Positions 63,291 to 64,000 of a stretch of 64,000 nt of DNA are shown one piece after another; within the stretch, counting starts at the first letter, position 1; each line of letters begins with the position of its first letter. The stretch is from a virus (lineage: Duplodnaviria > Caudoviricetes). Under the pieces are notes generated by a model that was given only the letters and a program-made list of their open reading frames with translations, was not told the DNA's origin and ran no database searches. A program made the translations under genes and the position numbers. The DNA lies in the IMG/VR virus record IMGVR_UViG_3300044620_001883, positions 96,001 through 160,000 of that record; one strand, 5' to 3'.

Positions 63291-63421
63291 CCGCGTGTCG
63301 CAACCGGTTTCCCCAGAGAAGAGATTCTGAAATAGCGGATTCGTCCTGCAACATCAGATCTTACCATCAGACCCCTTCTACAGGTCTACAGGTAATCTGG
63401 GAGACCGGCCTCGACACGCGG
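63291..63421 (+). ncRNA. candidate novel 131-nt three-way-junction structured RNA
   Basis: P1 10 bp perfect (63291-300/63412-421), P2 13 bp (63304-317/63396-408), P3 with gga-UUCG-ucc cap, P4/P5 ttacc/ggtaa plus agacc/ggtct. Confidence 0.62.
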
Positions 63422-63439
63422 CTCTTTGCGTACATGGCG

Positions 63440-63468
63440 TTGACGTCCAGCCAGTGACCTCGTAATGT
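63440..63468 (+). promoter_or_regulatory. sigma70-like promoter, leaderless geometry
   Basis: TTGACG-N17-TAATGT, 7 nt before ATG 63476. Confidence 0.6.
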
Positions 63469-63475
63469 CCAGATC

Positions 63476-63838
63476 ATGGACACATCCAAGTACCGCCCCC
63501 TTGCCTATCTGCTGGGCTCCAAGACAACTTATTCTGCCGCCGACGCTGTAGGCAGTCCGGCGAATCGGAACATGTACCGCCACCACACCTTCCAGCGCAT
63601 TGTGAAGGATGAAGGCGGCGGCAACCCTGCCGTTAAGATCCAGGCGCGGATCATCCCCGTCGAGGACGCTGTGGATGCCGCGGAGTGGTCCACCATTGCC
63701 ACACTCAACAACTCCACACCCATTGCCTTCTTCGGTCACACGCTCTTGCCGGCTGTCCGGGCTGTACGTGATGACGGCAGCACTGTGGAAATCAAGGTCT
63801 TGGTGTTCAGTGGCAATGACCGTGACGATGAAGGCTGA
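63476..63838 (+). CDS. beta-rich hypothetical (possibly structural) protein
   Basis: 120-aa ORF with alternating beta-strand pattern. Confidence 0.6.
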   Translation: MDTSKYRPLAYLLGSKTTYSAADAVGSPANRNMYRHHTFQRIVKDEGGGNPAVKIQARIIPVEDAVDAAEWSTIATLNNSTPIAFFGHTLLPAVRAVRDDGSTVEIKVLVFSGNDRDDEG

Positions 63839-63843
63839 TCCCT

Positions 63844-64000
63844 ATGCGCGTCAAAGCCATCCAGTATGCGGTCAATTCGGTGCTACCTCCAGAGCTGCGC
63901 GACTATCAACGCCCTCTGGACGGTAAAGGGATCGAGCGTCTGATGCACCAGGTGGCGGTAAGCTACCCGGACAAATATGCGGAGGTGCTCCGTCACATCG
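63844..64000 (+). CDS. rpoC: start of RNA polymerase beta' second (C-terminal) half, truncated by window edge
   Basis: MRVKAIQYAVNSVLPPELRDYQRPLDGKGIERLMHQVAVSYPDKYAEVLRHI aligns by eye with bacterial beta' TTVGRAILWMIVP...NQALGKKAISKMLNTCY, the segment after where 42829-45960 stops. Confidence 0.6.
   Translation, partial: MRVKAIQYAVNSVLPPELRDYQRPLDGKGIERLMHQVAVSYPDKYAEVLRHI

Noticed and set aside
1-64000. Most minus-strand and alternative-frame ORFs in the track (e.g. 9519-10568, 13244-14209, 25073-26245, 35789-36922)
   Set aside because: They shadow well-supported + strand genes in GC-rich DNA and show no motifs; only 21258-22112 is accepted.
1-64000. Stop-codon reassignment (alternative genetic code)
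   Set aside because: Long genes are intact in the standard code, and TAA, TGA and TAG (e.g. 37735, 45960, 53142) all end genes at sensible boundaries.

Overview
This window is a fragment of a large (jumbo-type) tailed dsDNA bacteriophage genome, GC-rich by eye and read in the standard genetic code. It is not a bacterial chromosome. Almost all real genes are on the + strand; the single exception is an HNH endonuclease at 21258-22112. (1) 1-34.2 kb is a nearly gap-free chain of about 80 short, mostly ATGA-coupled early-type genes. It includes a C5 cytosine methyltransferase, two unrelated PP-loop/PAPS-reductase-like enzymes, an acyl-carrier-protein fusion, a GHKL ATPase with an HExxH motif, a DUF1064-like nuclease and DUF932. 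(2) 34.3-52.1 kb is a virion/late block with a glycine-zipper polyprotein carrying an inorganic-pyrophosphatase domain, a holin-like gene coupled to a membrane-anchored PAS protein, zincin- and ART-like proteins, the N-terminal half of a split RNA polymerase beta' (NADFDGD, LAGLIDADG intein, N-terminal HAD and Zn-ribbon modules), low-complexity proteins and a fibre protein. (3) 52.2-64 kb holds small genes, lysis genes (lipoprotein, PG-binding/CHAP endolysin), an HNH gene invaded by a GIY-YIG endonuclease, a strongly structured 131-nt intergenic RNA candidate and the start of the second beta' half. The best candidate for an undescribed system is a shared K-x-A / HI-x-VS-x-x-[LIM]-[LV]-K-x-A signal. 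It marks N-termini and domain boundaries of the 34-48 kb proteins and suggests a capsid-targeting and proteolytic-maturation code for packaged enzyme cargo, including the RNAP itself. These genes have sigma70-like promoters placed for leaderless translation. All family calls come from motifs read by eye; no searches were run.
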